From: Candidatus Bathyarchaeia archaeon
GTDB lineage: Archaea > Thermoproteota > Bathyarchaeia > Bathyarchaeales > Bathycorpusculaceae
Direction: 5' to 3'
Length of the DNA stretch: 64,000 nucleotides
Assembly (NCBI GenBank): GCA_049969855.1
Contig: JBMFOB010000001.1
Coordinates: 32,001 to 96,000, forward strand
Notes under the pieces: model-generated
Databases searched by the model: none
Told to the model about the DNA's origin: nothing
The model's input: the letters and a program-made list of their open reading frames with translations, nothing else
Made by a program: the position numbers and the translations under genes
Part shown: positions 9,729-19,851 of the stretch, piece after piece
Numbering within the stretch: the first letter of the stretch is position 1
Layout of the letters: every line of letters begins with the position of its first letter

Positions 9729-10847
9729 TTAGCGATAAGAATTTAAGAAGCCTTTGAACCGTGACAAACCTTCTTTTAGAACCTCGGTTTTGCATCCATA
9801 ACCAATTCGCAGATACCCTTCCATCCCAAAGCATGAACCTGGAACAAGCAGCGTTCCCCTTTCTCGAATGAGGCGGAGACAAAGATCTTCTGAAGGTATC
9901 TTAAGGTTGTACCGAAGGAAAGCAATGCTTCCTGCTCTTGGAGGAACCCAATCAATTAATGGTTCATCTTCGATCCATTGTGAAAGGATCTCGTAGTTGG
10001 CACGGATAATTTTTAAGCTGCGTTCGTATATTCGGTCTACATGTTTCATGGCGAGAGATGCAAGGGCGTCATCTATTAAACCGTTGCTTATTGTTGTATA
10101 ATCTCTGTGAAGTTTACATTCACCGATTACTTGTTTGTTGGCAGCTATCCATCCTAACCGTAAGCCTGTTAACGAAAAAGCCTTGGAAAAGGATCCAGTT
10201 GCTATGGCTCTCTCGCTGATGTCTACCGCTGAAGGAACAAAATCGTTCGGCTTTATGTAAAGACTCCTATACGTCTCGTCGCAGAGTAAATACGCACCGG
10301 CATCTTCTGCAATGGAACAAATTTTTTTCAAAAGTTTGGCATCGATAAGGCTTCCTGTTGGGTTGTGCGGATTAATGAGTACGATAAGCTTGGTTTTGTC
10401 ATCAACAAGTTCAGATAATTCATTAATGTCTGGTAACCACAGATTTTTCTCGCGTAACTTTAGCAACTTAACTTTGGCACCAAAAGATTTAGCTACACTG
10501 TACAATTGTTGATAGGCGGGGAATATGGAAATAACTGTGTCGCCTGGTTCAACGAGAGTGTAAAAAACAAGAAAATTTGCGCCGATGGCTCCACCAGCAA
10601 TGAGAATGTTCTCAGGTTCCATATGAGCGTACAGATTTGCAATTCCTTGTCGGAGATCGAGAGAACCGTCAACAAAGCCATAGGTTAATTGTGTTCCCTT
10701 AAACTCCTCAAAGAAATTTTCTTTGCCCATAAGAGACAGAAACTCGCTCAACGTGAACGGATCAACACAAGTCTCTGCGAGATTCACCTCCACATCATGT
10801 TCATAAGCCCCTATGAAACGTTCAACCAAAAATGGATCAACCTTCAT
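9729..10847 (-). CDS. PLP-dependent aminotransferase class I/II
   Basis: NPHNPTG, DETYR, GSFSKAFSLTGLRLGW. Confidence 0.92.
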   Translation of the reverse strand: MKVDPFLVERFIGAYEHDVEVNLAETCVDPFTLSEFLSLMGKENFFEEFKGTQLTYGFVDGSLDLRQGIANLYAHMEPENILIAGGAIGANFLVFYTLVEPGDTVISIFPAYQQLYSVAKSFGAKVKLLKLREKNLWLPDINELSELVDDKTKLIVLINPHNPTGSLIDAKLLKKICSIAEDAGAYLLCDETYRSLYIKPNDFVPSAVDISERAIATGSFSKAFSLTGLRLGWIAANKQVIGECKLHRDYTTISNGLIDDALASLAMKHVDRIYERSLKIIRANYEILSQWIEDEPLIDWVPPRAGSIAFLRYNLKIPSEDLCLRLIRERGTLLVPGSCFGMEGYLRIGYGCKTEVLKEGLSRFKGFLNSYR

Positions 10848-10942
10848 TACACTCCCTCTATTTGCATAAAATGGAACGATCCTATTACATTTTCTCCTTT
10901 AAGCTTAACATTAACAAAAGTCAAAAAGCATATCGGATATGA

Positions 10943-11018
10943 CGGGCCCGCTGGGATTTGAACCCAGGATCTCCGGCTCCGCAGGCCAGCGTCCTAATCC
11001 TGCCTAGACTACGGGCCC
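10943..11018 (-). tRNA. tRNA-Arg(GCG)
   Basis: Reverse complement GGGCCCG...CTGGC CT GCG GA GCCGG...GGTTCAAATCC..CGGGCCCG folds as a cloverleaf; CCA not encoded. Confidence 0.96.
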
Positions 11019-11042
11019 ATAGAACAAATCTGAATATGGTCA

Positions 11043-11054
11043 TAAAAGGGTTTT
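11043..11054 (-). promoter_or_regulatory. Probable BRE/TATA promoter of tRNA-Arg
   Basis: AAAACCCTTTTA about 25 nt upstream of the tRNA; a near-identical element sits at the same distance upstream of tRNA-Ser. Confidence 0.6.
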
Positions 11055-11061
11055 TAACGCT

Positions 11062-12684
11062 TCAGTGCTTGTTTGATTTTTTAAGGGTTCTTTCAAGAGC
11101 GTCAATCACGTTTTGTTTTCCCATGGCTAGGATGTATGGGCCTAGTCTTGGACCTTGTGGCACGCCTAAGAGGATGGCGTAGAGGGTTTTGAAGAAGTTT
11201 GCTGGTTGTATGCCGTGTTTTTTGGCTGCGTTGAATATGGCGTTTTGGATTTTTTCAGCTTCGTTTTCGGCTTTTAATGTTTCAATTAATTCTTTTATTG
11301 CTTCTTGTTCGTCTTGCGTTAAGGTTGCTGCTGTTTCTTTTATTTCCTCGAAGTCCCTTATCCAGTTAAAGGCATATTCAATGCGCCTTCTCAAGTTTTC
11401 ATCCAAGGTTTGGTCTTTCTGCAAGTAGCCATAGCTTCTGAGTTTTTCAGTTATGAATTCTTCTTCTCGTTCTTTAGGCGCCATTTTAGCCAAGAAAGTT
11501 AGCAGGTTATATGGCACTTTAATGCTTGGCTTTGATGGGGGCTTCATCGCCCAGCAATATTCGTATAAGCCTCGAAGCTTTGCAAGTTCTCTTTCATCTT
11601 TCAGCGTTTTAACTCCGAAGTACAAGTCCTCCAAATAATCAAACTCATTCATGTACGCCGGTATGTCGGTAACATCTAAAGTGCGGGTTCCAACAAACCT
11701 TTTCAGCATTAACAAAAGCAATGATTGAGGTGACCCATAACGGAACCAAACTTGGGGTGTGAAAACGTTTCCTGTAGATTTTGAAATTTTTCGTCCACTT
11801 TTGTCTAGAAACATTTCATACATTGCATGGGAAGGAGGCTCGTAACAGAGTATTTCACGGCAAATTCTATCGTTTATCCGAACAGAATCGGCTATGTCTT
11901 TGCCGTAAGCCTCAAATCTTATGTCAAGAGCCTTCCATCTTGCAGCAAACTCGCCTTTCCATGAAAGCTTACCTTCACCCTTTTTGACGTCTGCCTCGCC
12001 TTTGAAACCGCAACCTTCAATCCATCTGCCTTTAATTTCCATGCCATCACAAACGTAGAGAACCTTGTTTTCCTTTGGCAGAAATTCTAAGGCTTTGGTT
12101 GTGTATATGCGACCGCAATTTTCGCATATTGGAAAATATGGTAAGACTTCTATGTAACGCTCCTGTCCCACCTCTTCCTTGACTATTTCTCCAACTTTTT
12201 TGGCGTTCAAAAGTAAAGCTTCAACTTCTTTATTCAGCATTCCCTTTTCATAAGTTTCCTTTGCAGAAACATAACGATATTCTATGGAGCACTTGTCCAA
12301 AGCCTCAAGCAACAGTGAACTCATATGTTTGCCGTAACTTTCATGACAGTTAAAAGGGTCTGGAATATCAGATACTGGAAAACCTAAATACTTTTCAAGG
12401 GATTTTGGCAAACCAGCGGGAACCTTACGCAATCCATCCTTGTCATCGCAGAAGGCAATTAATTCTGAACGATAATTCTGTTCCCTTAAGGCTAATGTAA
12501 CAGCATAAGAGCGAGCAGCATCACCCAAACTTCCAATGTGAGGGAAACCAGAAGCTCCTAAACCCATCTCGGTTCTTATAAGGTCTAAACTTCTGCCCAG
12601 CTTCCGCTCCCTTTCAATTATTTTTGCAGCCATTTTATCGTACCATGTGCCTCTGCCAATTATTTTCTTGCTCATCATCCTCAT
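11062..12684 (-). CDS. lysS: Lysine--tRNA ligase, class I
   Basis: GASGFPHIGS, DGLRKVP, GKLSWK, FEAYGKD, KISKSTGN, GPRLG. Confidence 0.96.
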   Translation of the reverse strand: MRMMSKKIIGRGTWYDKMAAKIIERERKLGRSLDLIRTEMGLGASGFPHIGSLGDAARSYAVTLALREQNYRSELIAFCDDKDGLRKVPAGLPKSLEKYLGFPVSDIPDPFNCHESYGKHMSSLLLEALDKCSIEYRYVSAKETYEKGMLNKEVEALLLNAKKVGEIVKEEVGQERYIEVLPYFPICENCGRIYTTKALEFLPKENKVLYVCDGMEIKGRWIEGCGFKGEADVKKGEGKLSWKGEFAARWKALDIRFEAYGKDIADSVRINDRICREILCYEPPSHAMYEMFLDKSGRKISKSTGNVFTPQVWFRYGSPQSLLLLMLKRFVGTRTLDVTDIPAYMNEFDYLEDLYFGVKTLKDERELAKLRGLYEYCWAMKPPSKPSIKVPYNLLTFLAKMAPKEREEEFITEKLRSYGYLQKDQTLDENLRRRIEYAFNWIRDFEEIKETAATLTQDEQEAIKELIETLKAENEAEKIQNAIFNAAKKHGIQPANFFKTLYAILLGVPQGPRLGPYILAMGKQNVIDALERTLKKSNKH

Positions 12685-12821
12685 GCTCTTTTATAGCATA
12701 ATTAAAAAGTAAATAAAAATGTTACAGAAAACAGCACATCTGTTGCTTCTCTTTTGAAGTTAGAATTAACTAAACAATAGACAAATGGTTTGGATGAAAG
12801 ATAAAACTGTTGGAGTGGCTG

Positions 12822-13856
12822 TTACTCGATTTTTGTTCCACAGTTGGGGCAGAACTTAACTCCAGCTTGGACTTCTGTGCCGCATTTTGGACATTTAGTT
12901 GTGGCTTGTAATGGTGTTCCGCAGTTGCTGCAGAATTTCGTTCCAGCAGGGTTGAATGTACCACATTTTGGACACGTAATGCCTACAGCTTGTAGCGGCG
13001 CACCACAGTTGCTGCAGAACTTTGCTGTCTGTGGATTCTGGAAGTTGCATTTTGGACATAAAACCATAGGCACTGCCGGCGCTGGCGCCGCTGCTGGCTG
13101 AAGCACTTGCGGAAGAATCACTGCTCCAGCCCCTACTGCCGCTCCGGGACTCTTTGACAGGCTTTCAGCTGATTTTTGAACTGTTTCCATTCTTAGGACC
13201 TCTGTTGCGCCCACTCCGGTCTTTATGTAGAACAATCTGTCTCTCCACTCTGGGGTTGTGTCTATTCCTTCAAACTTCACATCAATCAGTTCAAGACCTA
13301 TTCGTGAAAAGGCGTCGAAGAGAACGTTTTTTGCAAGTAGGCTTGTTTCGTCAAGTTTGCCGTATACGTCCGCCAGCGAATATTGGCTTAGGGTGTCGAT
13401 GAGTCTTTCGTTAAAGTATCCTCTTAGAAAGTTTTGCAACCCATCCGTAGTGAAGGCTCCTTGTCCGCCAACAACTTCGTTGACGAAAAGGTTTGGTTCT
13501 TCAACTCTGAACCAGAAACCTCCAAAGAACTTTAATGGTGCAAGCTCTTTGGTTTGTCCTTGCGCTCCAAACTTTCCTTGGAACTGTTTTAAAGAGACAA
13601 AGACAATTGTGGCTCTGAAAGGAACCTTGTCAAACCCGGCAATTTTTGAAATTATCTTTGTTAGTAATGGCAGGTTTGCTGTTGTTAAGACGTGGCGTCC
13701 GGCTCTGAAAACATCGTAGGCTTTTCCGTCCCTAAAGAAAACTGCAGCTTCGTATTCGTGAACTATTAAGTTGTCTCCCCATGCAATTTCTTCCACTGGA
13801 TATTTCCAAACTATGTCTCCTTCTCTCGCCCCAACCCATTCAATAACTTTTGGCAC
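12822..13856 (-). CDS. SPFH/Band-7 domain protein with C-terminal zinc ribbons (YdjI-like)
   Basis: LIVHEYEAAVFFRDGK..G.H.L.T.NLP; three CPKC...KFC.NCG double-zinc-ribbon repeats. Confidence 0.88.
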   Translation of the reverse strand: MPKVIEWVGAREGDIVWKYPVEEIAWGDNLIVHEYEAAVFFRDGKAYDVFRAGRHVLTTANLPLLTKIISKIAGFDKVPFRATIVFVSLKQFQGKFGAQGQTKELAPLKFFGGFWFRVEEPNLFVNEVVGGQGAFTTDGLQNFLRGYFNERLIDTLSQYSLADVYGKLDETSLLAKNVLFDAFSRIGLELIDVKFEGIDTTPEWRDRLFYIKTGVGATEVLRMETVQKSAESLSKSPGAAVGAGAVILPQVLQPAAAPAPAVPMVLCPKCNFQNPQTAKFCSNCGAPLQAVGITCPKCGTFNPAGTKFCSNCGTPLQATTKCPKCGTEVQAGVKFCPNCGTKIE

Positions 13857-13873
13857 CCAAACTTCACCTCCTT

Positions 13874-15106
13874 TTAAATCACTCCTTTAGGAACCCAAGG
13901 TCTTTGACCAGCTATGACGCCCCCATTACATGCGTCAACTATCACGGAAAATGACTTGCCGCCCATACGATATTCTATAAACCACCAAGGTGCATATACA
14001 AGTTCAGGGTCTTCCATAGGATAAGCACCAACACTAAAACGTGAAACAAAAGTGTACCTTGACCTTAACTCTTGAAGGGCTAATCCTTTAGCTTTCTCCT
14101 TAGCCTCTTGAGCGCTTATTTCAACATTAAGCGTTTCTTCTCCTGTTTTCTTGAAAGGCTCCTTCCTATCTAGGGGGATTTTGTAGGCGCCAACATCTGG
14201 TTGATATTGGGCTGCTTTGCGTGCCACAACAAGGACATCCATTGTTTCGTTTACGGAAACTCTCTCAGTTCTGTCTGTTAAAGCCTTCCCAGCTCCTTTT
14301 CCAGCCCCGCCAAAAATGCTCCCGAGGGCTCCTCCTAAAGCTTGCATCGCAACCTCTTGAGCAAGCTGCCCCTTCCTATCCTTCGCTTTCACCAATGCCT
14401 TTTTGCCTTCAAGGTCCCCTTCAAGTTGAACGGTTACAGTCCAATTTGGAACATAGCGAAGGAGAATGGCGCCCCATTCGGCACGTTCAACCATCCCACG
14501 AGTGACAAGGATTCCTTTTGCCACATGGTTTTTTGCTATTTCCAGCGTCTGAGAACCAGTAAGCAGCATTGGAAGCATGCTGCATCTTGGAGGTTGTTCG
14601 CCTGTTGTGTTATTAACGTATCCGCAGTAGTTGCAAACCACGAGAACTTCTTCTGGATTATACGTAAGTGGAGCCCCACAGTGCATGCAAGCCTCAAGTT
14701 TAGGTTTCGGCGTTGGCAGCGGTTGTGGTTGAGTTGGAGTGGGTGCAGCAGTTGGCGGGGTCGGTGAAATTCCGTCTAAACTTTTAGCCATTTCCATGGC
14801 TTCTTGTTTCTCTTGCTCCTTCCACCCGATTAAAGCGCTTGGATTCTCACATGTGTTTGCCAAAGCTTGTTCCACAACATCCATTAGACCCGCTGGTCCG
14901 TCAACTTCAACATACACATCCTCTGGTACGCCTCTAACCTTAATCGTTGCCTTTTCAAAAAACCCCTTTTTTAGCTCAAGCATAAAGCTTCTTTCGCCTG
15001 GAATAATTTTCTTGGTGCTCCACCCGATTTGCTTGAGATATTCTGGCAAAACTTGTTGAAAGTTTGCCATTTTTGCTTCGATTTGGCGATAGCGGGCTAT
15101 GGTCAT
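13874..15106 (-). CDS. Zinc-ribbon protein (paralog of 16036-16788 with N-terminal extension)
   Basis: CMHCGAPL..CNYCG, YVP.W, LVYAPWW.IEY..VDACNG; Pro-rich linker. Confidence 0.7.
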   Translation of the reverse strand: MTIARYRQIEAKMANFQQVLPEYLKQIGWSTKKIIPGERSFMLELKKGFFEKATIKVRGVPEDVYVEVDGPAGLMDVVEQALANTCENPSALIGWKEQEKQEAMEMAKSLDGISPTPPTAAPTPTQPQPLPTPKPKLEACMHCGAPLTYNPEEVLVVCNYCGYVNNTTGEQPPRCSMLPMLLTGSQTLEIAKNHVAKGILVTRGMVERAEWGAILLRYVPNWTVTVQLEGDLEGKKALVKAKDRKGQLAQEVAMQALGGALGSIFGGAGKGAGKALTDRTERVSVNETMDVLVVARKAAQYQPDVGAYKIPLDRKEPFKKTGEETLNVEISAQEAKEKAKGLALQELRSRYTFVSRFSVGAYPMEDPELVYAPWWFIEYRMGGKSFSVIVDACNGGVIAGQRPWVPKGVI

Positions 15107-15639
15107 CCTCCCAATCCTCTAAGAACCTCTGACCTCTTGTCCACAAGTCCGTCGAGTTCCTCAACCTTTGATATCAACTCGTCCATTGCCGTTCTCCACT
15201 CGTCTTTTCCAGGCTCTAGCTCGTTTACTTTTTCAACATCGGCTTTTATTGCTTCGGCTTTTTCTATCAAACTTAAGTCATGTTCAATAACTGTGTCAAG
15301 TTTGTCCTCTTTAACTTTGATGGCGTCAAACATTCCAGCATATCCAGCAACCGCCCGGTCTATGCGTTGGGTAACCCTATCAATGCGTGATGTAAGCGTG
15401 TCAAATCTAAAAGTGTCTTCATTTGAAAGCTTCTGGATAAGCAGTGGATTTGCGAATTTTCTTCTGAAAGCGGTTTTTGCAGCCTTAAGCCTATTCACAA
15501 CTTCCATTCGCACAAGACGGTCGCTTTCTCTTCTCAACTCTTTCTCTTTGTAGCCTCTGTATCCTGGAATGTAACCCATAATTTTCTCAAGAAGACTTCG
15601 TTCTTTCCGAACTTTCTCCAAATAATCTTTTCCACTCAC
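15103..15639 (-). CDS. Conserved hypothetical alpha-helical protein
   Basis: Long ORF overlapping both neighbours; IPGYRGYKEKELRRESD motif, helical composition. Confidence 0.75.
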   Translation of the reverse strand: MSGKDYLEKVRKERSLLEKIMGYIPGYRGYKEKELRRESDRLVRMEVVNRLKAAKTAFRRKFANPLLIQKLSNEDTFRFDTLTSRIDRVTQRIDRAVAGYAGMFDAIKVKEDKLDTVIEHDLSLIEKAEAIKADVEKVNELEPGKDEWRTAMDELISKVEELDGLVDKRSEVLRGLGG

Positions 15640-15989
15640 TTTTTACTCCTCCAATATGCAACTATACCTATAACAGCAATGACAATTAAAAGTATGCCTA
15701 AAACAACGAAGGAGTTCACCACATTATAGAAGGCTGAAGTTGCTGCAACTGCAAACATTATGACACCCCAAACCAGATAGTAAGTGGCTTCCTTGCCGGC
15801 TATAAAGGAAAAAAGAATTGTATAAACTCCAAGGGGACCAAGCAGCCAAGCGGGAATATTGAAAATATCAAGAGGAATCATGTTCATACCGTAAACCACC
15901 ACCGCTAACCCGATTGATATGACAAGAATAACGAGAGCACCAACATTATAATCGAATACTTTACGTTCAGCTTTCATCTTATTCCTCAA
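15636..15989 (-). CDS. Small integral membrane protein (about 4 TM)
   Basis: Four hydrophobic stretches; operonic position. Confidence 0.75.
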   Translation of the reverse strand: MRNKMKAERKVFDYNVGALVILVISIGLAVVVYGMNMIPLDIFNIPAWLLGPLGVYTILFSFIAGKEATYYLVWGVIMFAVAATSAFYNVVNSFVVLGILLIVIAVIGIVAYWRSKK

Positions 15990-16035
15990 GGCATATTTGA
16001 CTTATTATTTTGTAATTGCATCTTTTAAAGTTTCG

Positions 16036-16788
16036 TTACAATATTCCAAAGCCAGCTGAGGGAATGTCGCCTTTTACGACTGCCCCTGTTGCCCCATCTA
16101 TTATTAGCTGGTAAGTTTTGCCCTTATACTCATATTTTATAAACCATATAGGAGCATGAAGGTAAACTGTTTGGCTAACTCTTATTTCGCTTTCAATTTC
16201 AATTATCTTATCCACATCTTGCTGAGCCAAGTACTTATGATGCTCCTCAATTTCTTGTTTCGCTTGCTCCAAAGCCTCATCCTTATCAATTTCACTGTTC
16301 AATGTTCTAGCATAACCCTCAATCTTCCTAAAATCATAAGGAATTTTACCCTCTAAAGGCACATCATATTCCCTTGTTGGAAATTCCGTTGCTTTCCTTG
16401 CCAAAATCAACCAATTATACTCTTTTTTGATTTGACCTTCTTTAATAACGGCTGGCGCTATGCGTTCAAAAATTCCTTTATATTTTGTTTCCGCTTCTGC
16501 CGTTATAATCCAAAATGGTATGTAAATTAAGGATTTTTCTATTATTTTCGATTTTCGAGCAAGGTCTGGAGGCTTTAGAAAGCCCGAGGTCATCCAGCTT
16601 TTTACAACTTCTTCAACTTGCGCTGGGTCATATTTGTTCAGCAGCATTGAATGGTCAAAAGTGAAGGCTTTTCCAGTTTCTATAACAACAGTGTAACCAC
16701 AGTATTTGCATGTCGCTATTATTTCGCCAGGCTCAAAAGATATTGGAGCGCCACAATTTGAACACCTAATTTCTTGAACTATTGCCAT
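16036..16788 (-). CDS. Zinc-ribbon protein (YdjG-like)
   Basis: CSNCGAP..CKYCG, YIPFW, LHAPIW.IKY.Y.GK..IDGATG. Confidence 0.75.
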   Translation of the reverse strand: MAIVQEIRCSNCGAPISFEPGEIIATCKYCGYTVVIETGKAFTFDHSMLLNKYDPAQVEEVVKSWMTSGFLKPPDLARKSKIIEKSLIYIPFWIITAEAETKYKGIFERIAPAVIKEGQIKKEYNWLILARKATEFPTREYDVPLEGKIPYDFRKIEGYARTLNSEIDKDEALEQAKQEIEEHHKYLAQQDVDKIIEIESEIRVSQTVYLHAPIWFIKYEYKGKTYQLIIDGATGAVVKGDIPSAGFGIL

Positions 16789-16795
16789 CTCTGTT

Positions 16796-18223
16796 TCACG
16801 CTTTCGATTTTTCCCTCTTTACAATTTCTCGAGCCACAAGAACACCAGATGCTGAAGCTTGAACTAAGCCTCTTGTAACACCAGCCCCATCTCCTATAGT
16901 GAAGAGGTTGCGAATTTTCGTTTCTAAACAGCTGCTTAACTGCAGTTTTGAGGAGTAGAATTTTACTTCAACGCCATAAAGAAGGGTGTCTCTGGAGTAA
17001 ATGCCTGGAGCTATTTTATCCAAAGCTTGAAGCATTTCACGAATATCAGAAAGATAGCGATATGGCAAAACAAAGCTTAGGTCGCCGGGCGTGGCGTTTT
17101 TTAATGTGGGGTTGATGACGCTTCTCGATATTCTTTCAGGTGTTGATCTTCTCCCAGCTTCTAAGTCGCCGAGGCGCTGTATTATTACGCCTCCGCTTAG
17201 GAGGTTTGAGAGTCTGGCGAGGTATTTTCCGTAGGCTATTGGTTCTTTGAAGGGTTCTGTGAAGGATGTGCTTACGAGGATGGCGAAGTTCGTGTTTTCT
17301 GTTTTTCTCTCTGCATAACTTTGACCGTTAACTGTTAAAACTCCGTTATAGGATTCTGTTATAACCTCGCCGTATGGCGCAACACAAAAAGTGCGAACTT
17401 GGTCATCGAAATATTTTGAGTAATATATGAGTTTAGGCTCATAAAGAGCGCTTGTTAACTCTTCCATGACTGAGGCTAAAACTTCAACTCTTATTCCAAC
17501 ATCAACGGGATTGTTGAGGGTTTTTAAGCCTAAAGCTTGGGCTTCTGATTGGAGCCATTCAGCCCCGCTTCTTCCCGGCGCAACAATAACATATTTTCCT
17601 AAAAACTTTTCACCATTTACGGTTTCAACACCTTCAACGGTGTCGCCTTTCAATATGAGTCCTTTAACGTCAGTTTTCGGTTTAAACTCAACCTTGCTGG
17701 TTAATTCTTGCCTCATTTTCCTCAAAGTCTGGGCGCATCTTTCTGTGCCCATGTGTCGAATTTTTTGGCGAATAAGCTTCAAACCAGCCAACGACGCTTT
17801 TCGCTCAATTTCTTCTACTTTCTCAACATTCACTCCATAACTATGCTCAGGCGCACCAAACTTTAGGTAAATGGAATCCACATAGTTTACAAGTTCTTCA
17901 AGTTCCTTTGACGAAATATATTGGTTGAGCCAACCGCCAACTTCTGTGGATAAAGTGAGTTTGCCATCACTGAAGGCTCCGGCGCCTCCCCACCCAGATA
18001 AAAGCAGACATGGTTCGCAGTGAACACATTCGAATCCTCGGCTTGCTGGGCATTTGCGTTGGTTAATGTCTGGACCCCTATCCAATATGAGAACGCTCAA
18101 GTTGGTTTTTTCCGTAAGCTCTAAAGCGGAGAATATTCCAGCTGGACCGGCACCGACGATTATTACATCGTATTTCAATGATTTTGTCTCCTGAAACCCA
18201 GAAGTAGATGTGGTAACTTGCAT
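16796..18223 (-). CDS. FAD-dependent oxidoreductase (COG2509-like)
   Basis: DVIIVGAGPAG, GGAGAFSDGKL, VDVGIRVE, RTFC, GDGAGVTRGL. Confidence 0.88.
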   Translation of the reverse strand: MQVTTSTSGFQETKSLKYDVIIVGAGPAGIFSALELTEKTNLSVLILDRGPDINQRKCPASRGFECVHCEPCLLLSGWGGAGAFSDGKLTLSTEVGGWLNQYISSKELEELVNYVDSIYLKFGAPEHSYGVNVEKVEEIERKASLAGLKLIRQKIRHMGTERCAQTLRKMRQELTSKVEFKPKTDVKGLILKGDTVEGVETVNGEKFLGKYVIVAPGRSGAEWLQSEAQALGLKTLNNPVDVGIRVEVLASVMEELTSALYEPKLIYYSKYFDDQVRTFCVAPYGEVITESYNGVLTVNGQSYAERKTENTNFAILVSTSFTEPFKEPIAYGKYLARLSNLLSGGVIIQRLGDLEAGRRSTPERISRSVINPTLKNATPGDLSFVLPYRYLSDIREMLQALDKIAPGIYSRDTLLYGVEVKFYSSKLQLSSCLETKIRNLFTIGDGAGVTRGLVQASASGVLVAREIVKREKSKA

Positions 18224-18248
18224 ATATTTTTAGCGAACACAAAATCAT

Positions 18249-18587
18249 TTATTGTGTGTAGGGTATGAGACAGAGAAACTTCACAACTTTCGAGCCAGTA
18301 TTCCTAAACTGATGCTCTTCGTGCGGCGGAATAAAAATGACATCGCCATGCTTAAACTTACGTTCTTCCCCTCCGCTTTGCACTATGCCCTCGCCTTCCA
18401 AAATGAAAACTTCATGCTCCCAAGCATGAGAATGCAAAGGACTGTAACCGCCAGGCTCCATTTCAAAAAGCCTCATAGCAAAGTTCTCAGCGCCAATCTC
18501 TTTTGTTATGAGCCATCTAACCTTCAACTTGAATGTTCCCTTTTCCGCATCCTTCGCTTCCACACTAGTGTAAGGAAAAATTTTCAT
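18249..18587 (-). CDS. Cupin domain protein
   Basis: PLHSHAWEHEVFILEG ... GDVIFIPPHEEH. Confidence 0.9.
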   Translation of the reverse strand: MKIFPYTSVEAKDAEKGTFKLKVRWLITKEIGAENFAMRLFEMEPGGYSPLHSHAWEHEVFILEGEGIVQSGGEERKFKHGDVIFIPPHEEHQFRNTGSKVVKFLCLIPYTQ

Positions 18588-18614
18588 TTAAACCACCTCA
18601 CTTAAGGTTACATA

Positions 18615-18902
18615 TCAATCCTTTATGGCTTCTAAGAGACTCATCACGTTCCACAATTTGACCCGCGTGTAAGGTGGCATGTTAGGATCTTGCAAAATTT
18701 CGTCTAGAATTGATATGGCGTTTGAGGCTCTAACTGCTGGCGTGTACTCTGTTGTCTGCAAGGCATCCATGGAATCTTTGGCAGCTCTTCTAATGTTTCT
18801 AGGCGTTGTATTATCCTCGGAAACTGCTCCCAGCACGGCTAAGGCTTGCTTTATTCTTTCCTCATACTCTTCAAGCTTCTTTTTTCGAACCAATGCTGCC
18901 AC
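18615..18902 (-). CDS. UPF0147 family protein
   Basis: D.TTPRNIRRAA, DPNMP.YTR..W signature. Confidence 0.88.
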   Translation of the reverse strand: MAALVRKKKLEEYEERIKQALAVLGAVSEDNTTPRNIRRAAKDSMDALQTTEYTPAVRASNAISILDEILQDPNMPPYTRVKLWNVMSLLEAIKD

Positions 18903-18966
18903 CCCTTGCAGTTTTCAATAATAAGTTATTATAGGCTTTTATACTATTCTATTAGAGGTTTAAACC

Positions 18967-19329
18967 TTGCCACAAGAAAAAGACGAAGAAAAACACGTTA
19001 AAAGAATGGCTGACCTACTGCGCCAAGGCTTAACACTCACAGACCTAGCCTGCCCAGCCTGCGCTTCTCCACTTTTTAGATTAAAAAATGGCGACTTATG
19101 GTGTGCAAAATGTGAAAAAAAGGTTATAGTCGTGAAAGAGGGGGAAGAGCCAAAAATAACAAGTTCCATGGTTCTGGACACCATGGAGGCTACACTCCTA
19201 ACAAAAATACAAGAGATACAAAGTAAGATGCAAAGTGAACAAAACATAGAAGAGCTTCAGAAACTCGGCAAGACACTATCTGACTTGTTAGAAAACCTTG
19301 AAAAGATAAGAAAAATGAAAAGGTTTTAG
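18967..19329 (+). CDS. Autoantigen p27/UPF0148-like Zn-finger protein
   Basis: MADLLRQG..L..ACPACASPLF...WCAKC followed by a coiled coil. Confidence 0.82.
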   Translation: MPQEKDEEKHVKRMADLLRQGLTLTDLACPACASPLFRLKNGDLWCAKCEKKVIVVKEGEEPKITSSMVLDTMEATLLTKIQEIQSKMQSEQNIEELQKLGKTLSDLLENLEKIRKMKRF

Positions 19330-19343
19330 GGCGAAAACATAAA

Positions 19344-19844
19344 ATGCTTGGATTTTACGAAAATTTTCCACAAAACATCCACAAAACAACACGCGCCACA
19401 ACTTCACTTTCAAATAAAAAATTACAACAAACACTAATGCGCTTATTCCAAGAAACAAACACTAAAACCTTCAAACTGGAAGAAATCGCAGACCCGTCCA
19501 TTCCTCAATGCACAGTGATTTTTGAGTTTGGCATAGCCGAAGCCAACGCCTTCAACTTTCTAAACCAAGAAGAAACAAACAAAGTGCTGAAAATTATAAA
19601 CAAAAAACCTTTCCAAATAATGGATTTCTTCTGTGCCATACGCTACTACAAGACACAAAATGAAAAAAGAAAACCATTAAAATTTGATTATTACATGATA
19701 CGCTTCACATTTAACAAAAACTACGTGGAAACACAAGTTTTCCACGAAAGAGGACCAAGATACATATCTCCAGATGACGTGACCAATTTCATTTTTGGCA
19801 AAATTAACGATTTCTTTTTAAGAAAAATACTAAAAACCCTCTAA
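19344..19844 (+). CDS. Hypothetical protein
   Basis: Clean ORF with ATG start filling the gap; no family recognised. Confidence 0.7.
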   Translation: MLGFYENFPQNIHKTTRATTSLSNKKLQQTLMRLFQETNTKTFKLEEIADPSIPQCTVIFEFGIAEANAFNFLNQEETNKVLKIINKKPFQIMDFFCAIRYYKTQNEKRKPLKFDYYMIRFTFNKNYVETQVFHERGPRYISPDDVTNFIFGKINDFFLRKILKTL

Positions 19845-19851
19845 GCCCTCT

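Noticed and set aside
10958-11182. Short ORFs overlapping tRNAs (also 23266-23595) and the many antisense ORFs in the track
   Set aside because: Shadows of tRNA genes or of well-supported opposite-strand CDSs.
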